Both the position numbers and the translations under genes were made by a program. DNA of 64,000 nucleotides from Escherichia coli (GTDB taxonomy: Bacteria; Pseudomonadota; Gammaproteobacteria; Enterobacterales; Enterobacteriaceae). Position 1 is the stretch's first letter; each line of letters opens with the position of its first letter. This document shows, piece after piece, positions 24,049 to 33,335 of the stretch. Below the pieces are notes generated by a model, which had not been told where the DNA came from, did not search any database, and saw only the letters and a list, made by a program, of their open reading frames with translations. The DNA is taken from NCBI RefSeq assembly GCF_003790525.1, contig NZ_CP033635.1, one strand, 5' to 3'.

Positions 24049-25469
24049 ATACCTTATTTAATCAGCCTTTGAAGGTTGTGAACGCGGGACTACACAGTTT
24101 TGCTGACAATATTCAACATGCCGGGGGAAGCGCAATTGCACTCAACTGGCAGCCACCAGCACAAGGCGATATTGACGCTGGATTGGATCTGGCATCGTTG
24201 CTACGTCATCCCCTGGTAGAAAATGCCAACCAAATCGCCATGACACGTTATCTCGAAGCACAGCCCGTGCTGGTGGATGTCATGCTCGCTAAAGAGGCCA
24301 TTCCAGAAATGGCTGAACAAAAACGTATTTTGCACTCTGGCCCGCCGATTGCCTGGGAAGAGATGTGTGGTCCGGTAAAAGGGGCGATTATTGGTGCCAT
24401 GCTGTACGAAGGTTGGGCCACCAGCCAGCAAGACGCTGAAAACCAAATAAACGCAGGCGAAATCGACCTTGCCCCTTGTCATCATTATCACGCGGTTGGC
24501 CCAATGGCAGGCATCATCAGCCCGTCGATGCCGTTATGGGTGGTAGAAAACAAAACCAACGGCCACCGTACTTTTAGCAATTTCAATGAAGGTCTGGGTA
24601 AGGTTCTCCGTTTTGGCGCCAATAACGATGAAGTTCTCAATCGTCTGGCCTGGATGCGCGATGAACTGGCGCCGGCAATGAAAGCAGCAATCGCACAACA
24701 CGGCGAGCTGGAACTCAAGCCATTAATGGCGCAGGCGCTGCATATGGGGGATGAAGTTCATAACCGCAATGCTGCCGCTACCGGTTTGCTGATTAAGCGC
24801 CTGCTCCCGGCATTGCTGGCCTGCTCTCTTCCACAGGAACATATCCAGCGCGTCGTGGCATTTATCACCGGTAACGATCACTTCTTCCTCAATCTTTCGA
24901 TGGCCGCCTGTAAAGCAATGATGGATGCCGCCGCCAATGTACCGTTCAGTTCAATGGTTACGGTGATGGCGCGTAACGGGGTGAATTTTGGTATTCGGCT
25001 TTCCGGTACTGGCGATCGCTGGTTCCAGGCTCCTGCCAATGCCGTTGAAGGTCTGTTCTTCCCCGGATTTGGCGTCGACGATGCCGCTGCTGACCTGGGT
25101 GATAGCGCAATTACTGAAACCGCAGGTGTGGGTGGCTTCGCGATGGCGTCGTCTCCGGCGATCGTCAAATTTGTGGGAGGCACCCCTGCCGATGCCACCA
25201 ATAACAGCCGTCGGATGCAAGCCGTCACCCTCGGCGGTAACCCCGCATTTACACTTCCAGCCCTCAATTTTGCCCCCACCGCAGCAGGGATTGATGCGCG
25301 TAAAGTGACCGATCGCGGCATTTTACCGGTCATCAATACGGGTATCGCCCACAAACAAGCGGGGGTCGGGCAAATTGGTGCCGGGATCACCACTGCGCCG
25401 ATGGCCTGTTTTGTCGCCGCTGTACGTGCACTGGCGGAGATCGTCGCAAAGGAGAACCATCATGGTTAA
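24045..25469 (+). CDS. DUF1116-family protein (YlbE-like)
   Basis: The ATG at 24045 overlaps the FdrA-like TGA (an ATGA junction), giving about 474 aa starting MNTLFNQPLKVVNAGL... It is the conserved partner of FdrA in fdrA-ylbE-ylbF-ybcF clusters. The ORF-track start at 23994 is probably an over-extension. Confidence 0.78.
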   Translation: MNTLFNQPLKVVNAGLHSFADNIQHAGGSAIALNWQPPAQGDIDAGLDLASLLRHPLVENANQIAMTRYLEAQPVLVDVMLAKEAIPEMAEQKRILHSGPPIAWEEMCGPVKGAIIGAMLYEGWATSQQDAENQINAGEIDLAPCHHYHAVGPMAGIISPSMPLWVVENKTNGHRTFSNFNEGLGKVLRFGANNDEVLNRLAWMRDELAPAMKAAIAQHGELELKPLMAQALHMGDEVHNRNAAATGLLIKRLLPALLACSLPQEHIQRVVAFITGNDHFFLNLSMAACKAMMDAAANVPFSSMVTVMARNGVNFGIRLSGTGDRWFQAPANAVEGLFFPGFGVDDAAADLGDSAITETAGVGGFAMASSPAIVKFVGGTPADATNNSRRMQAVTLGGNPAFTLPALNFAPTAAGIDARKVTDRGILPVINTGIAHKQAGVGQIGAGITTAPMACFVAAVRALAEIVAKENHHG

Positions 25470-26418
25470 GCCACTGGCTGTCGTCGCGGTTGGCGGCAAT
25501 GCGCTCATTCAGGACGAGCAACGCAATAGTATTCCCGATCAATATGTTGCAGTGATGGAAAGCGTGCAGCATATCGTTGATATGGTTGAAGCCGGATGGG
25601 ACCTGGTGCTAACCCACGGTAATGGCCCGCAGGTGGGCTTTATTCTGCGCCGCTCTGAACTCGCCAGTAACGAAGTTTCTCCGGTTCCACTTGATTACGC
25701 CGTGGGTGATACACAAGGTGCAATTGGCTACATGTTCCAGAAAGCACTGCATAACGAATTGGCTCGCCGTGGCATAAACAAACCGGTAATTGCCCTGGTG
25801 ACACAAACGCGAGTCAGCCCACATGACGATGCTTTCGCCAGCCCCAGTAAACCAATTGGCGCGTTTCTCGATGAAGCAACGGCCCAACAACGCCAACAAC
25901 AACTCGGCTGGACGCTGATGGAGGACGCCGGGCGTGGTTGGCGGCGTACAGTTCCCTCTCCTGCCCCACTGGAAGTTATTGAGCACGACACCATCGCTCA
26001 CCTGGTGCGCCAGGGATATCTGGTTATTGCCTGCGGCGGCGGCGGTATTCCGGTGGTGCGAGACGGACAACAACTGAAAGGTGTAGAAGCCGTGATCGAT
26101 AAAGATCTGGCCTCCGCGCTGCTCGCCAGTCAGTTAGGCGCAGATCTGCTGGTGATCCCCACCGGTGTAGAAAAAGTGGCGATTAACTTTGGTACACCAC
26201 AACAACAGTGGCTCGACGCTATCAGCGTTGCCGAAGCGCAAACGCTGTTGCGGGAAGGTCAGTTTGGTGTCGGCAGTATGCAACCCAAAGTGGAAGCCAT
26301 TGTTGATTTCATCAATGCCAGCCAGCAACAAGGCAAACAGGCCAGCGGCCTGATTACTTCACCGCAAACCATAAAAGCAGCCCTGGCGCATCAGAGCGGT
26401 ACATGGATAACCCTTTAA
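25462..26418 (+). CDS. Carbamate kinase
   Basis: The ATG at 25462 follows GGAGA (25451-25455) and overlaps the upstream stop by 8 nt, giving 318 aa. Carries AVVAVGGNAL and THGNGPQVG, the carbamate-kinase signature motifs, plus CGGGGIPV. Confidence 0.92.
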   Translation: MVKPLAVVAVGGNALIQDEQRNSIPDQYVAVMESVQHIVDMVEAGWDLVLTHGNGPQVGFILRRSELASNEVSPVPLDYAVGDTQGAIGYMFQKALHNELARRGINKPVIALVTQTRVSPHDDAFASPSKPIGAFLDEATAQQRQQQLGWTLMEDAGRGWRRTVPSPAPLEVIEHDTIAHLVRQGYLVIACGGGGIPVVRDGQQLKGVEAVIDKDLASALLASQLGADLLVIPTGVEKVAINFGTPQQQWLDAISVAEAQTLLREGQFGVGSMQPKVEAIVDFINASQQQGKQASGLITSPQTIKAALAHQSGTWITL

Positions 26419-26434
26419 TTCTCTGGAGAACACA

Positions 26435-26824
26435 ATGACTACAACGCTTTTAGCCGTTAACGGAACGCTGATGCGCGGCCTGGAACTCAACCCAAATATG
26501 CAAAAAGCGGGCGGTATTTTTGTCCGTGAAGACCGAACTGACGCCCATTACCGGTTGTGGAGTATTAATGATCGCCATCCGGGAATGATTCGCGTGAATG
26601 AAGGAGGAACACACGTCGACGTAGAAATTTGGCAATTACCGCTGGCCAGTTTTGCCGCTCTGTTAATGAGCGAACCCGCTGGGCTGGCAATTGGCAAAAT
26701 CAAACTTGCCGATGGTAGCGAAGTGCTGGGCGTACTGGCAGAAAACTGGCTGACCGAAGGCCAACGGGAAATTACAGAACTGGGTAGCTGGCGCAAATAC
26801 ACCGGGCATTTTCATACTGTGTAA
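26435..26824 (+). CDS. Stand-alone allophanate-hydrolase C-terminal-like / gamma-glutamylcyclotransferase-fold domain protein
   Basis: 129 aa. LAVNGTLMRGLELN...YRLW...PGMIRV..GG..VDVEIWQLP...F..L....P.GLAIGKIKLADGSEVLGVL...ELGSWRKY parallels the C-terminal domain of allophanate hydrolases (from memory). No amidase-signature domain is present. Confidence 0.6.
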   Translation: MTTTLLAVNGTLMRGLELNPNMQKAGGIFVREDRTDAHYRLWSINDRHPGMIRVNEGGTHVDVEIWQLPLASFAALLMSEPAGLAIGKIKLADGSEVLGVLAENWLTEGQREITELGSWRKYTGHFHTV

Positions 26825-26849
26825 CGCGCATTTATAAAGGGAACATACT

Positions 26850-28073
26850 ATGCGTAAAAAAGAAGAGAATCTGAATACGGCATCAGGATTGCGTATTGCC
26901 ATGATTTTGCTGGGTATTGCCGTCACACCTGTGCTGTTGTCATCCTCAAGCCTCGGCAATCAACTTTCCAGCGGCAGTTTAATTAGCGTCGTATTGTTAG
27001 GCGGCGTCATTCTGACCTTACTTTCAGCCATCACCATTAGCGTGGGAGAAAAAGCCCGCCTACCAACGTATGGCATTGTGAAATATTCGTTTGGCGAAAA
27101 AGGGGCCATCGCCATTAACATTTTGATGGCGATAAGTCTGTTCGGCTGGATTGCCGTTACCGCCAATATGTTTGGTCATTCGGTACATGACTTACTGGCT
27201 CAACATGGACTGGAAGTTCCACTGGCACTGTTAGTGGCGGCTGGCTGTGTCATTTTTGTCGCCTCTACGGCATTTGGCTTTGCCGTTCTGGGAAAAATTG
27301 CCCAGGTTGCCGTGCCGGTTATCGCGCTGGTGCTGTGTTACATCCTCTATGTGGCAACCCATACCGAAGTGGCAGTACCAGCGGCGATTGTGGAGATGAA
27401 TACAGGTGTCGCCGTTTCCACCGTTGTTGGCACCATTATTGTGCTGGTTGCCACACTGCCTGATTTCGGTAGTTTTGTGCATAACCGCAAACATGCGCTG
27501 ATTGCCGCAGGCGTGACGTTTCTGGTTGCCTACCCTCTGCTCTACTGGGCGGGTGCAACGCCGAGCGCCATTAGTGGTCAGGGATCTTTACTGGGTGCGA
27601 TGGCGGTATTCGGTGCGGTTCTGCCTGCGGCGCTGTTGTTGATTTTCGCCTGCGTCACCGGTAACGCGGGCAATATGTTCCAGGGCACGCTGGTGGTTTC
27701 CACACTGCTTACCCGCTTTCCCAAATGGCAGATTACCGTGGCGCTGGGTATCCTTTCCGCCATCGTAGGCAGTATGGATATTATGGCGTGGTTTATTCCG
27801 TTTCTGCTGTTCCTGGGTATCGCCACGCCACCCGTTGCCGGAATTTATATCGCTGACTTTTTCTTTTATCGCCGTAATGGCTATCAAGAGTCAGTGTTAG
27901 CCCAGGAGTCACAGATTAAAGTGCTGACATTCGCAGCATGGATCATAGGCGCAGCGGTTGGCTTTATGACCGTAAAAGGCTTATTCACCCTGACGACGAT
28001 CCCTTCGGTAGACTCGATTCTGGTGGCATGTATCGCTTATGCGATTCTCAGTCGGGCAAGTCAACACCGCTAA
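26850..28073 (+). CDS. NCS1-family permease, CodB (cytosine/purine/uracil/allantoin)-like
   Basis: 407 aa with about 12 TM helices. YSFGEKGA...LFGWIAVTANMFG and PPVAGIYIADFFFYRR align with the CodB SFGVKGS...QVGWFGVGVAMF and PPVGGVIIADYLMNRR (from memory). Confidence 0.8.
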   Translation: MRKKEENLNTASGLRIAMILLGIAVTPVLLSSSSLGNQLSSGSLISVVLLGGVILTLLSAITISVGEKARLPTYGIVKYSFGEKGAIAINILMAISLFGWIAVTANMFGHSVHDLLAQHGLEVPLALLVAAGCVIFVASTAFGFAVLGKIAQVAVPVIALVLCYILYVATHTEVAVPAAIVEMNTGVAVSTVVGTIIVLVATLPDFGSFVHNRKHALIAAGVTFLVAYPLLYWAGATPSAISGQGSLLGAMAVFGAVLPAALLLIFACVTGNAGNMFQGTLVVSTLLTRFPKWQITVALGILSAIVGSMDIMAWFIPFLLFLGIATPPVAGIYIADFFFYRRNGYQESVLAQESQIKVLTFAAWIIGAAVGFMTVKGLFTLTTIPSVDSILVACIAYAILSRASQHR

Positions 28074-28101
28074 TTCCTGGGTATACTCAGGCAATGATTA
28101 C

Positions 28102-28125
28102 GGCTGAATCTGGAGAGATTCAGCC
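28102..28125 (+). other. 10-bp perfect stem-loop between the permease and LysR genes
   Basis: GGCTGAATCT (28102-28111), loop GGAG, AGATTCAGCC (28116-28125). Only a weak U-tract (ACTTTACC) follows. It ends 25 nt before the LysR ATG. Confidence 0.5.
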
Positions 28126-28150
28126 ACTTTACCACTGACCAGGAAGCCTT

Positions 28151-29047
28151 ATGTTCATCTCAGACGAAACGCTTCGTGTTATTCATCTGGTCGCCAGACA
28201 CCAGAGCATTACCACCGCAGCCGAGCAGTTAAATAAAGTCCCTTCCGCCATCAGTTACACCATCAAGAAAGCGGAAGAGAGCCTGGGCGTTGAACTGTTC
28301 ATTCGTAAGGGACGCTATATTGAATTATCGCCAGCGGGAAGTTACTTCATCGAACATAGCAAAACTATTCTTGGCGACCTGGAAGCATTAAAGCGCAACA
28401 CAGTGCTGATTCACGATGGTATTGAGCGTGAACTGACAATTGCGGTAAACAATATTATTCCTGGTGATTTGCTGGTGGCATTTATTCGAGATTTTGAACG
28501 GCAATTCACATCAACAACACTGACGGTAGATCTTGAGGTATACAACGGCTGCTGGGATGCGCTGTACAGTAAGCGTGCCGATCTGGTCTACGGTGCTCCT
28601 CATGCAGTGCCAAGCAGTGAAGGCATCATTAGCGAACCGGTCGGACAAATGGAATGGGATTTTGTCGTCAGCCCACTCCACCCACTGGCAGCGAAGCGGC
28701 ATCCATTAGAAAACAGTGAATTGCGTCATTATCCAGCGGTTTGTATCCGCGATACCTCCGTTAACTTCCCCCCGATGCAAGCCTGGTTGTTGGAAGGACA
28801 AAAACCCATTTTTGTTCCTGACTTCGCTACGGCAATCGCCTTAATAGAACAAAACGTCGGTATTGGTTATATTCCACATCATCTGGCATTGCCGTTATTG
28901 AACAGCGGTAAATTGCTTAAAAAGCCAATGCGCGAACATAAACACGCCACCAAGTTATTTCTTGCCGCTCGTTCCGATGGTATGGGCAAAGCCTGTCAGT
29001 GGTGCATAGAATATTTAAGAAATCCGCAATTAATTTTCTGTTCCTGA
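28151..29047 (+). CDS. LysR-family transcriptional regulator
   Basis: 298 aa with an N-terminal LysR HTH (LRVIHLVARHQSITTAAEQLNKVPSAISYTIKKAEESLGVELF) and a C-terminal substrate-binding domain. Confidence 0.9.
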   Translation: MFISDETLRVIHLVARHQSITTAAEQLNKVPSAISYTIKKAEESLGVELFIRKGRYIELSPAGSYFIEHSKTILGDLEALKRNTVLIHDGIERELTIAVNNIIPGDLLVAFIRDFERQFTSTTLTVDLEVYNGCWDALYSKRADLVYGAPHAVPSSEGIISEPVGQMEWDFVVSPLHPLAAKRHPLENSELRHYPAVCIRDTSVNFPPMQAWLLEGQKPIFVPDFATAIALIEQNVGIGYIPHHLALPLLNSGKLLKKPMREHKHATKLFLAARSDGMGKACQWCIEYLRNPQLIFCS

Positions 29048-29076
29048 AGATCCACATCATACCTGGCATACATAGC

Positions 29077-29107
29077 AAAATGGCTTCCGGTGTTGGAAGC
29101 CATTATT
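29077..29107. terminator. Stem-loop terminator between the convergent LysR gene and metE
   Basis: ATGGCTTCC (29080-29088), a 6-nt loop, GGAAGCCAT (29095-29103). It is flanked by AAAA on the left (a U-run for minus-strand metE) and TTATTG on the right. Confidence 0.65.
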
Positions 29108-29140
29108 GTGCTGCAATTTACAATGACTCGTTAATACTCA

Positions 29141-31402
29141 TCATCCCCGACGCAAATTCTGCGCCGCCTGCACCATGTTCGCCAGTGCCGCGCGGGTTTC
29201 TGGCCAGCCGCGCGTTTTCAGGCCACAGTCCGGGTTGACCCACAGACGCTCTGCCGGAATGCGTTTTGCCGCTTTCTTCAGCAAGGCTTCAATCCATTCC
29301 ACGCTCGGTACGTTTGGCGAGTGAATGTCATAGACGCCAGGACCGATTTCATTTGGATAATCAAACTCTTCGAACGACTCCAGCAACTCCATGTCGGAAC
29401 GCGAGGTTTCGATGGTGATGACGTCTGCGTCCAGCGCCGCAATCGAATCCATGATGTCGTTGAACTCGCAGTAACACATGTGAGTGTGGATTTGTGTGTC
29501 ATCTTTCGCCACAGCGGCGTTGATACGGAAAGCCTCCACGCCCCACTGGAGATAGGCATCCCAGTCGCTGCGACGCAGTGGTAAACCTTCGCGCAATGCC
29601 GGTTCGTCAATCTGAATGATGCCAATTCCAGCGGCTTCCAGGTCCGCGACTTCATCACGCAGCGCCAGCGCAATTTGTTTGGCGATGGTTTCACGGCTGA
29701 CATCTTCACGCGGGAACGACCAGCAGAGAATAGTCACCGGGCCGGTCAACATCCCTTTCACCGGTTTATCAGTCAGGGATTGCGCATATTTTGCCCACTC
29801 CACGGTAATCGGTGCCGGGCGGCTAACGTCACCAATAACAATCGGTGGCTTCACGCAGCGGGAACCGTAGCTCTGTACCCAACCGTTTTGCGTAAAGACA
29901 AAGCCATCCAGATGCTCGCCAAAGTATTCCACCATGTCATTACGCTCGGCCTCGCCATGTACCAGCACATCCAGTCCCAAACGTTCCTGCTCAACAATGG
30001 CCTGCTTGATATGTTCCGCAATGCCTGTGCGGTAGTTGTTGGCGTCGAGATTACCCTTTTTGAAATCCAGACGCAGGGTACGAATCTCCGTGGTTTGCGG
30101 GAAAGAACCAATCGTGGTGGTCGGCCATGCTGGGAGTTTAAAACGCGCACGCTGGGCTTCAGCACGCACTTCATAGACATTCGCACGCTGACTGTCCTGA
30201 GCGGTGATCGCCGCCAGACGCTTTTCTACTGCCGGATTATGTACACGAGTAGAGTGACGACGCGCCTGAATCGGAGCGCTCCACGCTGCCAGAGCTGCCG
30301 TATCACCACTGTTCAACGCATCGCGCAGCAATGCCAGTTCATGACATTTTTGCAGGGCGAAGGCAAACCAGCTTTTCACTTCTGCATCAAGACGTGTTTC
30401 CACACTCAGGTCAATGGGACTGTGCAGCAGTGAGCAGGAAGATGCCACCCACAAATCACGTTTGCCGACAATGTCCTTAATTTGCGCATATTTCTCGGTA
30501 AGATCGGCGCGCCAGACGTTACGACCATTGATAAGACCCGCAGACAGCAGCCAGTCAGAAGGCAGACGCTTGTGCAGTTCAGCAACGTCATCTTTACCAT
30601 GTACAAGATCGACATGCAGACCCTGAACAGGCAGCGCAGTAATCGTGTCGAGATTTGGTGTTACGCCTTCAAAATAGGTGGTCAGCAGCAGTTTCACCTG
30701 TCCCTGGAGCGCGTCGTAAGCGGGTTTGTATGCGTCCAGCCACGCCTGCGGCAGTTCCAGTACCAGCGCGGGTTCATCAATCTGTACCCACTCGATGCCG
30801 CGTTTCGCCAGTTCTGCCAGCACTTGCTGATAAACCGGCAGAATGTCGTTCAGCAGGCTCAGGCGATCAAACTGTTCACCTTTCACTTTACCCAGCCACA
30901 GGTAGGTAACTGGCCCCAGCAGCACAGGTTTCACCTTGTGGCCCAGCGCCAGCGCCTCGTCCACTTCCTCCAGCAGCTGCGTCCAGGTCAGTTTGAACTG
31001 TTGGCCTTTAACGAACTCCGGCACCATGTAGTGATAGTTGGTGTTAAACCATTTGGTCATTTCCGCTGCCGCCGCAGGTTCGCCAGTCGGTGCACGTCCA
31101 CGACCAATACGGAACAGGGTGTCGATATCTACCGAACCATCGTTGTTCTGGTGACGCGCCGGAACATTACCCAGCAGCAGACTGGTGGTCAGTACATGAT
31201 CGTACCAGGCAAAATCGCCCACCGGCAGCAGGTCGATACCCGCTTGCTTTTGTTGCTCCCAGTGACGAGCACGTAATTCACGCCCTACCGCCAGCAGTTC
31301 TTCACGCGTGGAGTTCCCCGCCCAATAACTCTCTTGCGCTTTTTTCAGCTCGCGACGCAGGCCAACGCGAGGGAAACCGAGGGTGTGATTAAGAATTGTC
31401 AT
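29141..31402 (-). CDS. metE: Cobalamin-independent methionine synthase MetE
   Basis: 753 aa starting [29 protein letters not shown]..., matching E. coli MetE. Confidence 0.98.
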   Translation of the reverse strand: MTILNHTLGFPRVGLRRELKKAQESYWAGNSTREELLAVGRELRARHWEQQKQAGIDLLPVGDFAWYDHVLTTSLLLGNVPARHQNNDGSVDIDTLFRIGRGRAPTGEPAAAAEMTKWFNTNYHYMVPEFVKGQQFKLTWTQLLEEVDEALALGHKVKPVLLGPVTYLWLGKVKGEQFDRLSLLNDILPVYQQVLAELAKRGIEWVQIDEPALVLELPQAWLDAYKPAYDALQGQVKLLLTTYFEGVTPNLDTITALPVQGLHVDLVHGKDDVAELHKRLPSDWLLSAGLINGRNVWRADLTEKYAQIKDIVGKRDLWVASSCSLLHSPIDLSVETRLDAEVKSWFAFALQKCHELALLRDALNSGDTAALAAWSAPIQARRHSTRVHNPAVEKRLAAITAQDSQRANVYEVRAEAQRARFKLPAWPTTTIGSFPQTTEIRTLRLDFKKGNLDANNYRTGIAEHIKQAIVEQERLGLDVLVHGEAERNDMVEYFGEHLDGFVFTQNGWVQSYGSRCVKPPIVIGDVSRPAPITVEWAKYAQSLTDKPVKGMLTGPVTILCWSFPREDVSRETIAKQIALALRDEVADLEAAGIGIIQIDEPALREGLPLRRSDWDAYLQWGVEAFRINAAVAKDDTQIHTHMCYCEFNDIMDSIAALDADVITIETSRSDMELLESFEEFDYPNEIGPGVYDIHSPNVPSVEWIEALLKKAAKRIPAERLWVNPDCGLKTRGWPETRAALANMVQAAQNLRRG

Positions 31403-31432
31403 TATATGCCCCTTATGGAATTTTTAGTATTT

Positions 31433-31456
31433 AGCCGTCCAGATGTTTACACATCC
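31433..31456. promoter_or_regulatory. Tandem MetJ boxes in the metE-metR divergent control region
   Basis: Three contiguous 8-mers, AGCCGTCC AGATGTTT ACACATCC, compared with the met-box consensus AGACGTCT (6/8, 6/8, 4/8). MetJ is known to repress both metE and metR from this intergenic region. Confidence 0.45.
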
Positions 31457-31519
31457 ATAATTGGCGGTTACTGTATATTCCTCAAGCGCAAATTATTCAT
31501 GCCGAAGTGAAGGACTTTC

Positions 31520-32473
31520 ATGATCGAAGTAAAACACCTGAAAACGCTACAAGCGTTGCGGAACTGCGGCTCACTCGCAGCCGCTGCGGCGACGTTGCAT
31601 CAAACGCAATCCGCCCTGTCTCACCAGTTTAGCGATCTGGAACAACGCCTTGGCTTCCGGCTATTTGTGCGTAAAAGCCAGCCGCTTCGCTTTACACCGC
31701 AGGGAGAAATCCTGTTGCAACTGGCAAATCAGGTGCTGCCGCAAATTAGCCAGGCACTGCAAGCCTGCAATGAACCGCAGCAGACGCGCCTGCGCATTGC
31801 CATAGAGTGCCATAGCTGTATTCAGTGGCTGACGCCCGCATTAGAAAATTTCCATAAGAACTGGCCGCAGGTGGAGATGGATTTTAAATCGGGCGTAACG
31901 TTTGATCCGCAGCCTGCGTTGCAACAGGGCGAGCTGGATCTGGTGATGACGTCCGATATTCTGCCGCGCAGTGGCCTGCATTATTCGCCGATGTTCGACT
32001 ATGAAGTGCGTCTGGTGTTAGCACCTGACCATCCACTGGCGGCAAAAACGCGAATTACACCGGAAGATCTCGCCAGCGAGACGCTGTTGATTTATCCGGT
32101 GCAGCGTAGCCGACTGGATGTCTGGCGGCATTTTCTTCAGCCAGCAGGCGTCAGCCCGTCACTGAAAAGCGTCGATAACACCTTATTGTTGATTCAGATG
32201 GTTGCCGCACGGATGGGTATTGCCGCACTACCGCATTGGGTAGTGGAGAGTTTTGAACGCCAGGGTCTGGTGGTCACCAAAACCCTGGGCGAAGGCTTGT
32301 GGAGCCGACTGTACGCCGCCGTGCGCGATGGCGAGCAGCGTCAGCCGATTACAGAAGCGTTTATTCGTTCAGCGCGCAATCACGCCTGCGATCATCTGCC
32401 GTTTGTGAAGAGCGCGGAGCGACCCACTTACGATGCACCCACAGTGAGGCCAGGATCACCAGCGCGCCTGTAA
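31520..32473 (+). CDS. metR: LysR-family activator MetR
   Basis: 317 aa starting [37 protein letters not shown]. Confidence 0.97.
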   Translation: MIEVKHLKTLQALRNCGSLAAAAATLHQTQSALSHQFSDLEQRLGFRLFVRKSQPLRFTPQGEILLQLANQVLPQISQALQACNEPQQTRLRIAIECHSCIQWLTPALENFHKNWPQVEMDFKSGVTFDPQPALQQGELDLVMTSDILPRSGLHYSPMFDYEVRLVLAPDHPLAAKTRITPEDLASETLLIYPVQRSRLDVWRHFLQPAGVSPSLKSVDNTLLLIQMVAARMGIAALPHWVVESFERQGLVVTKTLGEGLWSRLYAAVRDGEQRQPITEAFIRSARNHACDHLPFVKSAERPTYDAPTVRPGSPARL

Positions 32474-33260
32474 TAAACGTTGGCCAGTGCGGCTGTTGGT
32501 GCCAGATAGCCAGGTTTACCAGCAGCCCTGCCGGAACGTGCATATTATTCATAATGCCCAGCGTTCCGGCGTCCACCTGCGTCGCGCCGTAGTTCCACAT
32601 AAAGTAGCCAATCCCGGAAGCCACCACGCCAAGAAACACCAGAATGCCCCATTGCAACGTGGTTTGCGGCATTTTCTGCGCATTTCCTAGCAAGAACCAT
32701 GCAATCACTGCCACCAGGAACGCGCCAAGATAGAACCACGCAAAGGCGTTATGCTGCGGCATCGGGCGAGTTTCCATCAGACGTTTGTAACCCACCATGC
32801 CGATGGCAAAAGTGATATTGGAGAGTTGCACCAGCAATAAGCCAGTCCAGAAATGGTCGGTGACCTGATCATAGCGAATAATCCCGGCACCAATCACCGC
32901 CAGCAAGGCGCTAAAAGCATAGCCCCAGCGCAGACGGCGCTTACTCATGATGTCATAAATCAGCGTGATGTAGAGCGGCGTCAGTACGGTGAACAGCAAC
33001 AGTTCGGAGACCGTCAGGTAGAGATAGGCGCGGAAACTCAGCATATACATCACACCGAGCTGCATCGCGCCCACCAGCATATACAGGCCGACCGTTTTCA
33101 GGCTATTGCCACGGGTACGCAGAAACGGCAGAAAAACGAGTGCCGCCAGGCCAACGCGCACCAGCACCGCAAAATAGCTATCGACGTGCCCCGCAAGGTA
33201 CTCGCCATAAAAGCTAAAGGAGAAGGCCCACAGAATCGTGGTGATGATAAGTAGCGCCAC
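32361..33260 (-). CDS. bioP: Biotin transporter BioP (YigM), DMT/EamA family
   Basis: 299 aa with 10 TM helices, starting [17 protein letters not shown]... The 3' end overlaps the metR 3' end by 113 nt (convergent). Confidence 0.93.
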   Translation of the reverse strand: MALLIITTILWAFSFSFYGEYLAGHVDSYFAVLVRVGLAALVFLPFLRTRGNSLKTVGLYMLVGAMQLGVMYMLSFRAYLYLTVSELLLFTVLTPLYITLIYDIMSKRRLRWGYAFSALLAVIGAGIIRYDQVTDHFWTGLLLVQLSNITFAIGMVGYKRLMETRPMPQHNAFAWFYLGAFLVAVIAWFLLGNAQKMPQTTLQWGILVFLGVVASGIGYFMWNYGATQVDAGTLGIMNNMHVPAGLLVNLAIWHQQPHWPTFITGALVILASLWVHRKWVAPRSSQTADDRRRDCALNE

Positions 33261-33335
33261 AATGGAAAACTCTTTGATTAACGAGTATCCATTGTAGCGA
33301 AGTATCAGGTTGACAACTGACCAAATAAAGAACGA

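Noticed and set aside
24878-25393. 171-aa minus-strand ORF inside the DUF1116-like gene, and a 174-aa ORF (15049-15573) inside the aldolase gene
   Set aside because: Both are antisense shadow ORFs (Ala/Pro/Arg-rich) within genes supported by family motifs and operon coupling.
29675-31276. Two long plus-strand ORFs (252 and 264 aa) antisense to metE
   Set aside because: These are shadow frames of the 753-aa MetE gene. Their composition is skewed (R/Q/H/F-rich), with no recognisable motifs or start context.
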